IMG/VR virus record: IMGVR_UViG_2541047895_000008
Coordinates: 1 to 47,766 of that record
Reading direction: 5' to 3' (one strand)
Source: a virus
Taxonomy: Duplodnaviria > Heunggongvirae > Uroviricota > Caudoviricetes
Length of the DNA stretch: 47,766 nucleotides
Positions 10,576-20,493 of this stretch are shown here, piece by piece. The notes under the pieces were generated by a model that ran no database searches, was not told where the DNA came from, and saw only the letters and a program-made list of their open reading frames with translations. A program made the translations under genes and the position numbers. Positions within the stretch are counted from its first letter, which is position 1. The number at the start of each line of letters is the position of its first letter.

Positions 10576-11274
10576 TTACTGCGAAAGTTTGTTAATGGAA
10601 AGGAAACCGCCAAAATTAGCCACCATGCCGCGCATCTCACACCCGCGCATGCACTTGCTGCATCTGTCCTTACGGATATCCGTGGTGGGGTTGTCGAACT
10701 CATCCGCCACCGCAGGACCGTTATACCCGCATTCATCTCCCCGGTAATCCCACATACAGGTGTTCGCCAGCATGATGCGACCGGGAAACAGCGCTCCGTC
10801 CGTCTCCGTCGGTGTTGCCAGCACAAACGAGGCTGTCATGGCCGTCAGCTCTGACATCTGCTCCACCACCCAGCGGTCGCTCAGCTCCTGCTCCGGGTCC
10901 GCTTCCGGATTGCCCGCCACAAAATTCACCGCATCCAGAAAACGGGCATACACCCGGCGGCGGACCACCGTGGCCCCCACCAGGCTCTGCAGGTCCTCCG
11001 CCATTCCGGTGACCAGACCGAACAGATTCGACACCGTCAGCGACGGGCGGGCACTGCTGCCCTTCCCGTTCATCTCAAAGCCACTGCCGTCAATCGGGTA
11101 TGCCTGATATTGCCGCCCCTGCCAGGTAACCGCCTCCCCTTTTTCATTCAGCTCATTGCAGAAAAAATACCGCTCACCACCCTGTACCGTCAGGTCGATT
11201 TCCCAGAGTACCACCCGCGGTGACTGCTCTGATTTAACCGACTCGTTCAGACTTTCTTCGTGAATATCCTGCAT
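10576..11274 (-). CDS. L: Minor tail protein L
   Basis: Lambda gpL-like sequence and gene order. Confidence 0.85.
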   Translation of the reverse strand: MQDIHEESLNESVKSEQSPRVVLWEIDLTVQGGERYFFCNELNEKGEAVTWQGRQYQAYPIDGSGFEMNGKGSSARPSLTVSNLFGLVTGMAEDLQSLVGATVVRRRVYARFLDAVNFVAGNPEADPEQELSDRWVVEQMSELTAMTASFVLATPTETDGALFPGRIMLANTCMWDYRGDECGYNGPAVADEFDNPTTDIRKDRCSKCMRGCEMRGMVANFGGFLSINKLSQ

Positions 11275-11603
11275 CAGTTCACCACCTGCTTAAACTCCGC
11301 GCTGAATTCAACCCGCAGCATGCGAACCCGTGATGACCAGGCGGCACAGGTCACCTTTATCTGCCGCCAGGCATAAGGCGGTGTCCACAGAAACGCCTTC
11401 CAGCCACCGTGCTCTGCCAGGAATGCCTCCAGATGTCGGGCCTCCTCCCGGGTCACGGAAAGCGTCACACGGTATGTTTTCAGGTCAGCATTCAGCCCCG
11501 CCGCCATACGCTGCGAATACCCGTCACCAAAACGCACTTCACGCACCGATGGCTGCGAGTTCACCTCCATATCCGGCTTCACTTTCCAGCGAAATGTTTT
11601 CAT
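11274..11603 (-). CDS. M: Minor tail protein M
   Basis: MKTFRWKVKP...RVEFSAEFKQVVN close to lambda gpM. Confidence 0.85.
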   Translation of the reverse strand: MKTFRWKVKPDMEVNSQPSVREVRFGDGYSQRMAAGLNADLKTYRVTLSVTREEARHLEAFLAEHGGWKAFLWTPPYAWRQIKVTCAAWSSRVRMLRVEFSAEFKQVVN

Positions 11604-14179
11604 CGCCTGCCTCCGGAAAAGACGCCGCCATCACGCATCTGCGCCTGAATCTCATCCTGCGCCCCCTTGCGGGCCATGTCATACACCGCTTTCATCAGCT
11701 GCGGCCCTGCCTGTCCGTTGATACCGTCGTTCTGAATCACCACGTGATTGTTCTGATTAAAACTAATGCCTTCCGCCCGCCGCATCTGCGCCGGACTTCC
11801 GGCACCGCCCACATAACCACCTTCCGCATACCCGCGCATCAGACGATACAGGTTGCCGACGCCAATCCGGCTGGTTGCCTCCTTCGTGAAGACAAACTCC
11901 CCGCGGTGGACAATACCGGCAGGTTCGTATTTGCCCCCCGTTCCCGTAAATCCCCCGGTCGCGAAATGGAAGTTCGCCGCCGCAGCCTGAATGGCCGTCC
12001 CCGTGGAGGCAGACGCCCCACCACCGAAAGCACCACCCATGGCGCTGCCAATACTCCCGACAATCCCCACCATGGCCTGCTTCAGAAAAATCTCTGTCAG
12101 CATGGAGAGCACAGAACGGGTGAAACCACGCCAGTTCTGTTCGCTGCCGGTCAGCATCGCTGCCATATTCTGTGCAATACCGTCAAAGGTCTGCGTGGCC
12201 ACGCTTTTAACCTGCGAAAAACTGTCCGTCGCACTTTCTGCCCACTCGCCCCAGCCGGACTTCAGACCGGCCATCCAGCTTCCACGAAGCTGCTCCTCCG
12301 CAGACCAGGTGTTCTTCAGTGCAGATGTGGCCTTCGCCAGCGCATCCGGATTATCACCGTACACGTCACGAAGGCGCTGCTCTTCCGACTCCCGCTGCGC
12401 CTGACGGTCGGTGAGTCCGCGGGCTTTTGCGCTGATTGCCGCCTGCTTCGCACTCTGCTGCTGTTCAAACCGCGCAGCCTGCTGTGCCAGCTCATTCAGC
12501 CGTTTCTGGTGTTCAACTTTGTCTCCCAGCTCAGCCAGCTGGCGTTTGTACTCCAGCGTCTCTTTCTCATGGGTCAGCAGGGATTTTTCCTGCTCAGATA
12601 ACTGCCGTTTCGTGGCTGCCTCTTTCAGGACCGCATACTGATTTTCCGCTTTCCATAAATCGCGACGCTGCTGGCTGATTTTCTCATTCGCACCGCTGTG
12701 TTTTTCCAGCGTCCGGAGCTCGGTTTCAAGCGCCAGCAGGGCAGCATGCGCCTGGTCTTCCTGACGCTCACCGGCTGACACTTTGACTCCTGACGACTTC
12801 GGCTTTTTCAGCGTCGATTCATAATCCTTTTTCGCCGCCGCCATCAGCGTGTTGTAATCCGCCTGCAGGATTTTCCCGTCTTTCAGGGCCTTATTCAGTT
12901 CTTCCTGACGGGCGGTATATTTCTCCAGCGGCGTCAGCAGACGCTCATACGCCTTCTGCGCCTCTCCGGTATACTTCAGCTGTGATGCGTCCCGTTCGGC
13001 CCGGTCCCTGGCGGCCAGTTCACCGGCTTTTTCCATATCCGACTGCAGCGTGGCCGCTGCCAGCCCCAGACGGGCATTTTCCCGGTCATTCCATGCGCCC
13101 TGAAGGTTGGCCCGGAAAGAGGCGGTTTTTCCCCGGCGCTGGCTCCGGCTCTGGTACCACTGCCATTTTTTATCCGCCTCATCAAATGCCTTCTGTGCAC
13201 TGGCGAGCATATCCGCTGAGGACTCAGGACGACCGATATCCAGAATGGCATCCCACATCGATTTGAATGCCTTCCCTGTTTTATCCGCCCAGGTCTCCAG
13301 TGTTCCCATGTTTTCTTTCAGGCGACGGGTCTGCTCATCAAAGCCTTTCGTGGCGATATCGTTCGCCGCCTGCAATGCCCCGGCCTCGTCTCCGGAACGC
13401 TGCAGCTGTGCAACATACGCAATCTGCTCTGCCGTCACGTTACGGAACTGGCGCGCCATCGCCATCAGTCCCGACGTCGGGTCGGTGGTCAGTTTTCCGA
13501 AAGCCTCTGCAACCTTGTCCACCTCCACACCGGATGCAGAAGCAAAACGCGCGACACTCTGGTTGATGGCATCAAACTGTTCACCACCACGCACACCGGC
13601 ATTCACCAGGGCTGCCAGTGACTCACTCGCCTGGTTAAACGTCAGCCCTGCGGCCTGTCCGGCTCTGGAGAGCGTCAGCATGCGATCGGCAGTCAGTCCG
13701 GACTGATTACCGGAAAGAACCAGGGTTTTATTAAACGCTGAAAGCGTGGAATCCCCCTGGTACCAGGCGTACGCCAGCGCACCTGTCGCCACCGCCAGCG
13801 AGGTGACCCCGACCATCGGCAGGGTGATCGCACCGGCAAGTCCCCTGAACATGGGGATCATCCCGCCGAAGGAGTCCTTCACCTGACCGCCCTGTTGCAG
13901 CAGGATCAGCCAGGGATTCTGACCACCGGCAAGCTGCGTGGCGATATCCGTAAACTGTGCGGGCAGGGTTCGCATGGCCGCTTTATACTGCCCGACGGAA
14001 ATCCCGGCTTTTTGTGCAGCCAGCGCCTGGCGGCTCAGGCCCTGTTCAACAGCACTGGCGGTTTTTCTGGCGTCGGTATCCAGACCTGAAAAATGACGCC
14101 TTACCCGGCTCATCTGCTCATCGAAACGGACCGCATCCAGACTCAGGTCAATAACAAGATCACCAACCGGCTGGGACAT
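11600..14179 (-). CDS. H: Tail tape measure protein H
   Basis: 859 aa, MSQPVGDLVIDLSLDAVRFDEQMSRVRRHF... collinear with lambda gpH. Confidence 0.9.
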   Translation of the reverse strand: MSQPVGDLVIDLSLDAVRFDEQMSRVRRHFSGLDTDARKTASAVEQGLSRQALAAQKAGISVGQYKAAMRTLPAQFTDIATQLAGGQNPWLILLQQGGQVKDSFGGMIPMFRGLAGAITLPMVGVTSLAVATGALAYAWYQGDSTLSAFNKTLVLSGNQSGLTADRMLTLSRAGQAAGLTFNQASESLAALVNAGVRGGEQFDAINQSVARFASASGVEVDKVAEAFGKLTTDPTSGLMAMARQFRNVTAEQIAYVAQLQRSGDEAGALQAANDIATKGFDEQTRRLKENMGTLETWADKTGKAFKSMWDAILDIGRPESSADMLASAQKAFDEADKKWQWYQSRSQRRGKTASFRANLQGAWNDRENARLGLAAATLQSDMEKAGELAARDRAERDASQLKYTGEAQKAYERLLTPLEKYTARQEELNKALKDGKILQADYNTLMAAAKKDYESTLKKPKSSGVKVSAGERQEDQAHAALLALETELRTLEKHSGANEKISQQRRDLWKAENQYAVLKEAATKRQLSEQEKSLLTHEKETLEYKRQLAELGDKVEHQKRLNELAQQAARFEQQQSAKQAAISAKARGLTDRQAQRESEEQRLRDVYGDNPDALAKATSALKNTWSAEEQLRGSWMAGLKSGWGEWAESATDSFSQVKSVATQTFDGIAQNMAAMLTGSEQNWRGFTRSVLSMLTEIFLKQAMVGIVGSIGSAMGGAFGGGASASTGTAIQAAAANFHFATGGFTGTGGKYEPAGIVHRGEFVFTKEATSRIGVGNLYRLMRGYAEGGYVGGAGSPAQMRRAEGISFNQNNHVVIQNDGINGQAGPQLMKAVYDMARKGAQDEIQAQMRDGGVFSGGRR

Positions 14180-15031
14180 ATCTCACACCTCCCGGAATCC
14201 CCGCTGAAGCCATCATTAATGCGGCATCATCCACCATGACATCCGCCACATCCGCAGACGATAAAATATCGCGCCCTCCGTCCCCACCGAACCGGACGCC
14301 TCCGGCAAGTCCTGCCGCTTTCTGCATCAGCATTTTGTCCTCATCCGGCCTCTCCACCTGCTCTTCCTCATGCCGGGGGACAAGCAGACTGAAATCAGAG
14401 GGATGCATATTCGGATCGCAAAAAAACAGGCTGAGTACAGCGTACGTCAGCCCGGAAAAATGCATATCCAGTTGGGTATCGAGAAAATAATGCGTACGGT
14501 AAAAATGTCGCCAGTCGGCATATTCGGTGGATGTCATCCCGGCAAGCATGGCGCGCCAGTCAGGCCTCCCCATCTCACGCGCCAGTCTGAGGGCAAAATT
14601 CAGCTCGCCGTCGAAGACTTTCCCGCAGAAAAATCATCATCAGTCAGCGCGTTATTTTTCGCCACTTCGGTGCTGTCAGTATCCGCATGAACAGCCCCGC
14701 TCATCCCGGACAGACGCAACACCACATCTTCCGCCCGGGCAATGGCATCCGCAGGCCAGGTGGTGAGCACCTCCTGTTCGATCTGCATCACAGCCTCATT
14801 CATTGACGGTGATGCCGTTTTCTGCGGATGGTTATGCCACAGGGACATCGCCACCAGAAACGCGCCGGTTCTGACGAGATCTTCCACGCTTACCTGCAGG
14901 TTGCCGCTGGATTCTGCCTGTTCTGCACGCCGTTTCAGGAGGGCAAGATGCTCAATACGCTGCAGCGCAGACAATTCGGAAAGCGTGACGGACACACCGT
15001 TATATTCAAATTGTTCTGTTTTCAGAAACAT
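14160..15031 (-). CDS. G-T: Tail assembly chaperone G-T fusion made by programmed -1 frameshift
   Basis: T-frame ORF 14160..14573 (lambda gpT-like) overlaps the end of G; slippery heptamer GGGAAAG lies 26 nt before the G stop. Confidence 0.75.
14600..15031 (-). CDS. G: Tail assembly chaperone G
   Basis: MFLKTEQFEYNGVSVTLSELSALQRIEHLAL... close to lambda gpG. Confidence 0.85.
   Translation of the reverse strand: MFLKTEQFEYNGVSVTLSELSALQRIEHLALLKRRAEQAESSGNLQVSVEDLVRTGAFLVAMSLWHNHPQKTASPSMNEAVMQIEQEVLTTWPADAIARAEDVVLRLSGMSGAVHADTDSTEVAKNNALTDDDFSAGKSSTAS
14628..14634 (-). other. -1 ribosomal frameshift slippery site (GGGAAAG) for the G-T fusion
   Basis: Read directly; after a -1 slip the frame continues into MGRPDWRAMLAG... 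(gpT-like). Confidence 0.7.
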
Positions 15032-15044
15032 GTATTACCTCCGT

Positions 15045-15797
15045 TTACCCTGCAGCGCCCGCTTCAGTAACGGTGACTTCAGCCACTGCGGCGAACTGAC
15101 CATTTCCGCTCACCACAGGGATCTGCACCTTACCTGTCGCCACGCCGTTTACCGTAATTGTCATATCTTTCACACTAATGGTGGCTTTCGACGGATCGGC
15201 GGAAACCGCTCTGAACGTCTTGTCGGTTGCACTTTCCGGCTCAAAAGAAACCGTCAGGGTGGTTGTTTTCCCTTTTGCCACCGTACCGGATGTCGGCGTC
15301 ACCTTAATCGCAGTGACCGGCGTAATTTTGCTGCGTTCTTCCGCTACAGAAGGTTTGCCCACGTTGGTCACTTTCACCGTGCGGGTGATCACTTCTTTCG
15401 CCGTCACGGCCTTACCGATACTGCTGACCCAGCCACGAAACACATCCACCGTGCCGTTCGGAAAACGGATTTTATAGGCCCGCACATCCCCGCTTTCAAA
15501 CCAGCCTATAAGCCCTTTCTGACCTTCTTCTCCCGGTTTCCAGGCCAGCGTAAAACTGGTATCTCCTGCAGACTTCTGCCCCTGCCCGGTCGCGGTCCAG
15601 TCCGCGTCTTCATCATCCAGGTAGTTATCATCGTAGGGTTCTGCCGTCATCTCGCCCGGCGTCAGATCCTTCACCTTAGCCAGTCGCAGCCAGTCATCGT
15701 CTGACAACGGGTTTGCATAGGCGTCACCCTGACCGTTATAAACCCACAGGGTGGTACCGGCACCTTTTACCGGCTCAAGGGGATTTGGTGTTGACAT
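15045..15797 (-). CDS. V: Major tail protein V
   Basis: Close to lambda gpV including the C-terminal Ig-like region. Confidence 0.9.
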   Translation of the reverse strand: MSTPNPLEPVKGAGTTLWVYNGQGDAYANPLSDDDWLRLAKVKDLTPGEMTAEPYDDNYLDDEDADWTATGQGQKSAGDTSFTLAWKPGEEGQKGLIGWFESGDVRAYKIRFPNGTVDVFRGWVSSIGKAVTAKEVITRTVKVTNVGKPSVAEERSKITPVTAIKVTPTSGTVAKGKTTTLTVSFEPESATDKTFRAVSADPSKATISVKDMTITVNGVATGKVQIPVVSGNGQFAAVAEVTVTEAGAAG

Positions 15798-15804
15798 ATC
15801 GTCC

Positions 15805-16200
15805 TCACATCTCGTATGTAATGGAATAAGTCAGATCCGCAGAACTCCATAACGCCATATCGTCATCACGACGATACTCATAGCCCTGCGTAACCATCGT
15901 GGTAATCAGGTCTGCCAGTGCCGGGATCGCAGTCATCGCCGGATAAATCCGGCTTTCCATCCACGAATCCAGCTCCGAATCCGGTACCTGTGCTGGTAAA
16001 AACACCTCAATATGCAGTGTGGCCCGCCAGGTATCTGCATCCAGCTCTTCACCGGTATACTCTGCATCCGTCAGATAAACCGCGACCGCGGGAAAATCCT
16101 CTTCGTCAAAAACAACGGGGCGACCATCAAACAGCGTCGCCCCGTGTTCATGCAGCTCCAGTGCATCCAGCACTGCAGCACGGATATCAGTATGTTTCAT
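15805..16200 (-). CDS. U: Tail terminator protein U
   Basis: [15 protein letters not shown]...ITYEM close to lambda gpU. Confidence 0.85.
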   Translation of the reverse strand: MKHTDIRAAVLDALELHEHGATLFDGRPVVFDEEDFPAVAVYLTDAEYTGEELDADTWRATLHIEVFLPAQVPDSELDSWMESRIYPAMTAIPALADLITTMVTQGYEYRRDDDMALWSSADLTYSITYEM

Positions 16201-16730
16201 CGTTTTATCGCAATCCTCAGTTGTTGTTTCAGCGCGTATGCCAGTTCTCCGGGCAGACGTTCACGCCGGATACGGTCAACATTCTCATCAAACGCCTGTT
16301 TCAGTGGGGCCGCCATCGGGATTTTCACCACATCAATGGGGTAACGGTTTTTCCCGACCACACGCTGCATGACATGCCAGCGACCATTTTTTAATCGCTG
16401 AATAAATGCCCGCTGATAACGATGCTGACCGGCTTTGAGTATGCTGTCCGGACGACGCCCCGGCATCCTGATCCCCAGCTTAATCACCGGGAGATCACCG
16501 CGGTTAACGATAATTCTGGCATTCGGATTTCTGACCGTGGCCCGTTTCAGTCTGGACCGTTCCTTAACCAGTTTCCGTCTCACCCTGGTTTCCCGGGCAA
16601 CCTGTGATGAAGACTGATTAATCGCCGTTGTGGCCACGCGGTTAATGGTCATTGCAGAAGCCGCCGGAATGGCGTTTTTACGAACCCGGCTCAGATTATC
16701 AATCGCCTGCTCAAGCCCTTTTATCGCCAT
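16197..16730 (-). CDS. Z: Tail completion protein Z
   Basis: MAIKGLEQAIDNLSR... close to lambda gpZ. Confidence 0.85.
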   Translation of the reverse strand: MAIKGLEQAIDNLSRVRKNAIPAASAMTINRVATTAINQSSSQVARETRVRRKLVKERSRLKRATVRNPNARIIVNRGDLPVIKLGIRMPGRRPDSILKAGQHRYQRAFIQRLKNGRWHVMQRVVGKNRYPIDVVKIPMAAPLKQAFDENVDRIRRERLPGELAYALKQQLRIAIKR

Positions 16731-16745
16731 AATTTCACCCTGCGT

Positions 16746-17099
16746 TTATCGTCGCCGGTTAACGGCGGGTGGTTGCCCACGGTTGAGCCAGAGATAACAG
16801 CTGCCCCCGTCATCCGGAGAAACACGATCCACCCAGAACGTCTCACCATTAATGGTCAGCGTGTCACCACGCCGCACAGCACGAACCGTATCCGTCCGCA
16901 CAAATAATGACGGGCTGCTTCCTTCAATACGGACCCCGCTACCGGCAAATCCCAGCGACTCCGGATCGTCAAAAACCCCCTGAACTTCTCCGCCACACTG
17001 TGCCCCCGAGGTGAACTGTGCACAGAGCCCCATCACTTCAACAATCGTACTGTCCACCCCGGCAAGGGCAGCATCAAAGGCATTCTGAAAATCACGCAT
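16746..17099 (-). CDS. FII: Head-tail joining protein FII
   Basis: ...GVFDDPE..VRIEGSSPSLFVRTD..VDRVSPDDGGSCYLWL..PPAVNRRR matches lambda gpFII; start set at the internal Met. Confidence 0.8.
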   Translation of the reverse strand: MRDFQNAFDAALAGVDSTIVEVMGLCAQFTSGAQCGGEVQGVFDDPESLGFAGSGVRIEGSSPSLFVRTDTVRAVRRGDTLTINGETFWVDRVSPDDGGSCYLWLNRGQPPAVNRRR

Positions 17100-17466
17100 A
17101 AACAGCCATTCCGCCATCAACGTGTGTTTTTGCATCTGAGGACATAATCAGAATCACCCGACCAACATCCGCAATCTCAACGGATTCCCCTGTTTCACCA
17201 TCAATGCCACAGAGATGGAGGCAGGTCAGAACTCTGATGCGCGTTAACGCACCGGATGTATCCTCACGAACATCATGAGCCGCGGTTTCCCGCTCCCGGA
17301 TCACCGTATCCCCAACCTGAACATCCTCGCCGGATGACTGTATTTCCTCTTCCCATTCCGCCACCCGCTGCGCTATCTCTGCGGCACTCCCGGATATATC
17401 CGGCTCACGCCCCAGAATCAGGGCCAGTTCATCAAGCCGTTTCAGATTTTGCTCTTTCGTTGCCAT
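17092..17466 (-). CDS. FI: DNA packaging protein FI-like (by position)
   Basis: Acidic ORF between E and FII starting MATKEQNLKRLDEL...; sequence similarity to lambda FI is weak. Confidence 0.5.
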   Translation of the reverse strand: MATKEQNLKRLDELALILGREPDISGSAAEIAQRVAEWEEEIQSSGEDVQVGDTVIRERETAAHDVREDTSGALTRIRVLTCLHLCGIDGETGESVEIADVGRVILIMSSDAKTHVDGGMAVYA

Positions 17467-17517
17467 ATCAGCCCCCTGTGAAAAAAGACACGGGGGCATT
17501 TCGCCCCCGCTCACGGA

Positions 17518-18546
17518 TTATTTCACCTGTACCACCACAAACTCATCCGGGTCCGGCAACACCATCAGCGGCGCGGACTGCGTCATGGTAAATTCACGGG
17601 CGGGATCCCCCACCGTCAGCCAGTGTTTCGGATAACGGGAAGAGGCCACCACACCTTCGGACAACGCCTGCGCATCCTGAATGGCACCGTAACAACGGAT
17701 CCCATCTGCAGCAGTATTCCCCAGAACCAGCATGCCCTCCGGCAGATAACGTTTTTCGATACCGTCTTCTGCTATATAAGACGTTTTCGCCACCACAATG
17801 GCCAGATCGCCGTAATACCCCTTGAAGGACACCACTGCGCCCAGATCTTTCACTGCCGTTTCGAGTTGAGAATTTGAACCGCGACGGGTATCCAGTTTTT
17901 CGCGGAACAGCTTAAAACCATTCAGAAGACGCCAGACGGTACCGTCCATAATGGCAATATTCACAAGACCGCTGGCCTGGTCGCAGTAGAGGTCAAGATC
18001 ATGTGTAGGATCGAACGTGTCACGATCCTGTTTTGACCACTCCTTACCACTACCCTGAGTGATGTTATTCTTCGTCGACCTGCCAAAATCGACCTCAATT
18101 TTCTCGAACTGGTCTCCTTCCATCGTATATTTGCCATACAACACAGCATTTACCGCCTGTATTTCTTCCACCTGGACAATCGCGTGCTCTTCCTGTTTGA
18201 GGTTATCGGTAATGATACGCAGACGGCGGTAAGCCGGATCGTTCAGTTGAGCCGGATCTTCACCAGGAAGGCGCTCAACCGCCTGCTGGTAATTAAATTC
18301 GTGTTTCGGCTTGACGTAGCCCGGACGTAACACGCGGGTTTCACCACCACGATGACGCAGCACTTTTCCTTCAACAACCGGGGAGACATAGGCCGCCACC
18401 GGCGTTTTTCCGGTAATTTTGTCCAGCATCACCTCTTCGGTATGGAAATTCACCGTACGGCGGAAAAACAGCTCCAGAAACAGCGCACGAAATTTCACTT
18501 TTTGTTCGGTATAACCGAGTAACTGGCGGGTCGTAAACAATCCCAT
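17518..18546 (-). CDS. E: Major capsid protein E
   Basis: 342 aa, close to lambda gpE over its length. Confidence 0.9.
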   Translation of the reverse strand: MGLFTTRQLLGYTEQKVKFRALFLELFFRRTVNFHTEEVMLDKITGKTPVAAYVSPVVEGKVLRHRGGETRVLRPGYVKPKHEFNYQQAVERLPGEDPAQLNDPAYRRLRIITDNLKQEEHAIVQVEEIQAVNAVLYGKYTMEGDQFEKIEVDFGRSTKNNITQGSGKEWSKQDRDTFDPTHDLDLYCDQASGLVNIAIMDGTVWRLLNGFKLFREKLDTRRGSNSQLETAVKDLGAVVSFKGYYGDLAIVVAKTSYIAEDGIEKRYLPEGMLVLGNTAADGIRCYGAIQDAQALSEGVVASSRYPKHWLTVGDPAREFTMTQSAPLMVLPDPDEFVVVQVK

Positions 18547-18603
18547 AAATCAGTTCCTTTCATTCAGAAATCAGTCAGGCCACCGCGGTGGCCTGATAAC
18601 GTG

Positions 18604-18951
18604 TTACGGCAGCGCCGCGTGACTCAGGGCACTGCCGGCAAAGGCATTTGCCTTTTTGTGTTCATCCACACTTTCAGGCCAGCGGATTGCCTCCGTCGCA
18701 AAGGTCCCCGACTTGTAATAGGTCAGTACCGTCTCTGTGCCTTCAAGCGGCAGTACCAGTATGCCAACTGCACTACCGGCTTTCTGTCCGTCCCAGACCA
18801 CCAGTTTCCCGCTGGCTTCATCCAGCATCAGGGGCGTCAGTGCCGGTGTTGCCGAGGAAATCCCGCTGCTGCCTGTGGCGGTATGAGCCGGATCATTACC
18901 GGCAAAAATACGTACTTCCGCACGCTGTTCAGTGATGGTTTTCGTTACCAT
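18604..18951 (-). CDS. D: Head decoration protein D
   Basis: ...NDPAHTATG...TPLMLD...YKSGTF... lambda gpD-like. Confidence 0.85.
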   Translation of the reverse strand: MVTKTITEQRAEVRIFAGNDPAHTATGSSGISSATPALTPLMLDEASGKLVVWDGQKAGSAVGILVLPLEGTETVLTYYKSGTFATEAIRWPESVDEHKKANAFAGSALSHAALP

Positions 18952-18987
18952 ATTGTAAAAACCTCCTGTTGATGATCAGCACTGACT

Positions 18988-20493
18988 TCATGGCATGGCC
19001 ATGAGCATTTTCACGTCCGCATCACCGTCTGCTGACGTCTGTGGCACGCCACCCTGTACCGCTGCCGGTGAATGGTTCGCCATGATGCGTTCAAACAGGG
19101 CGGTTGTGGATGCAGAGACCGGTTCTGCCTTACCTGATCCCGCAGCCAGCACAGCCCGGGCGCTCTCCACAGTCATTCCCGGGCAGGCAGCCAGTTGTTC
19201 AGCCTGCGCCTCAGCCCCTTTTGCCTCATCCAGTGCCATGATCTGATCACGGAGTGAGGGTCCGGCATCCGCCTGCGGTGAAGCAGCCAGGATCGGGCGG
19301 GCTTTTTCCACCGTCATCTCCGGCATCGCCGCCAGCGTTGCCGCCAGTTGTTCACGACCGTTCGCTTCTTCACACGCCATAATGCGATCGGCTTCACTCT
19401 GCGTGGATGCCACCGGCTGCTGCGGTGCCGCCGCGGCCAGAATCGCCCGGGCCTGTGCAACGCTCATGCCCTGTTGTCCTGCCAGCATCGTGGCAAGCTG
19501 TTCACGTCCTTTCGCTTCCTGGCATGTCAGGATCCCCATCACTCGCTGGTTCTCCTGCGCGGCGGCTTCCGTTGCAGTTAATTGCGGCATAGTGCCTCCT
19601 CTGACATTACTGTTCAGCGCCGTGGCCATCACACTGATGGCATCCGACGCATTGACTAATTCATCCGCCAGCCCGGCCTCAATGCCGGACTGACCTTCAA
19701 AAACGGCGGCCTCTGTTCCCGTGACGGCATCAACAGACAGACCGGTAAACATCGCCACTTTTTCGGCAAACATCCGGCGCGCCGCATCAATGCGCTGCTG
19801 CATGTCCTGGCGAACCTCTGCCGGTAAGGTTTCAAACTGATTGCCATCCACCTTGTGCGCCCCTGAGTAAATCAGCGTGATATCCACACCGGCCTGCGCC
19901 AGATGACCGGCATAGCTGACATGGCTCATCATCACGCCAATGGAGCCGATACGGGATGTCTGGGTAACCAGCCGTCGGGAGCAGGCCGACGCCAGCAGCA
20001 TGGCTGCAGAACAGGCCGTGTCATTGCACAGTGCCCAGACCGGCTTCTGCTGACGGAGGCGGTAAATCATGTCAGCGCAGTCAAACGCGCCGGCGGCCTG
20101 CCCGCCCGGACTGTCAATGTCCAGCAGTATGCCCCGCACCTGGCTATCTGCCATTGCCTGCTGAAGACAGGCGACAATGCCGTCATAGCCAGTCATTCCG
20201 GAAAATGGCCGCATCCCCCCCAGCCGGTGCACCAGCGTGCCGGTCACCGGCAGTACCGCAATACCGTTCACCACCCGGTAAACACGGGCCGGTCGTTTAC
20301 CTCCGGCCATGTACTCGTCCGTTTCAGCCAGCATTCCGGGAGCATCAAGCTGTACCTGCTGTTGTGGTACCGAAAGACTTGCTGCCCCCATCTCGCGCCC
20401 GAGCGCGCAAAAGAAAACCCGCGCATAGGCGGGCTCCAGAAGCAGCGGTTCATTGAATGCTGCGGCAATAATGTGTGAAAGATTACGTCTCAC
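18988..20493 (-). CDS. C: Prohead protease / scaffold protein C (Nu3 nested), with a triplicated C-terminal module
   Basis: S49/ClpP-like N-terminal domain as in lambda gpC; C-terminus has three ~38-aa repeats (..GREQLA..L..MTVE.AR..LAA..). Confidence 0.8.
   Translation of the reverse strand: MRRNLSHIIAAAFNEPLLLEPAYARVFFCALGREMGAASLSVPQQQVQLDAPGMLAETDEYMAGGKRPARVYRVVNGIAVLPVTGTLVHRLGGMRPFSGMTGYDGIVACLQQAMADSQVRGILLDIDSPGGQAAGAFDCADMIYRLRQQKPVWALCNDTACSAAMLLASACSRRLVTQTSRIGSIGVMMSHVSYAGHLAQAGVDITLIYSGAHKVDGNQFETLPAEVRQDMQQRIDAARRMFAEKVAMFTGLSVDAVTGTEAAVFEGQSGIEAGLADELVNASDAISVMATALNSNVRGGTMPQLTATEAAAQENQRVMGILTCQEAKGREQLATMLAGQQGMSVAQARAILAAAAPQQPVASTQSEADRIMACEEANGREQLAATLAAMPEMTVEKARPILAASPQADAGPSLRDQIMALDEAKGAEAQAEQLAACPGMTVESARAVLAAGSGKAEPVSASTTALFERIMANHSPAAVQGGVPQTSADGDADVKMLMAMP

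Noticed and set aside
11330-12601. 423-aa plus-strand ORF antisense to the tape measure gene
   Set aside because: Low-complexity Arg/Pro-rich translation with no start context, entirely inside gene H on the other strand.
14742-15704. 320-aa plus-strand ORF antisense to V and G
   Set aside because: Cys/Arg-rich, overlaps two lambda-like tail genes; likely spurious.
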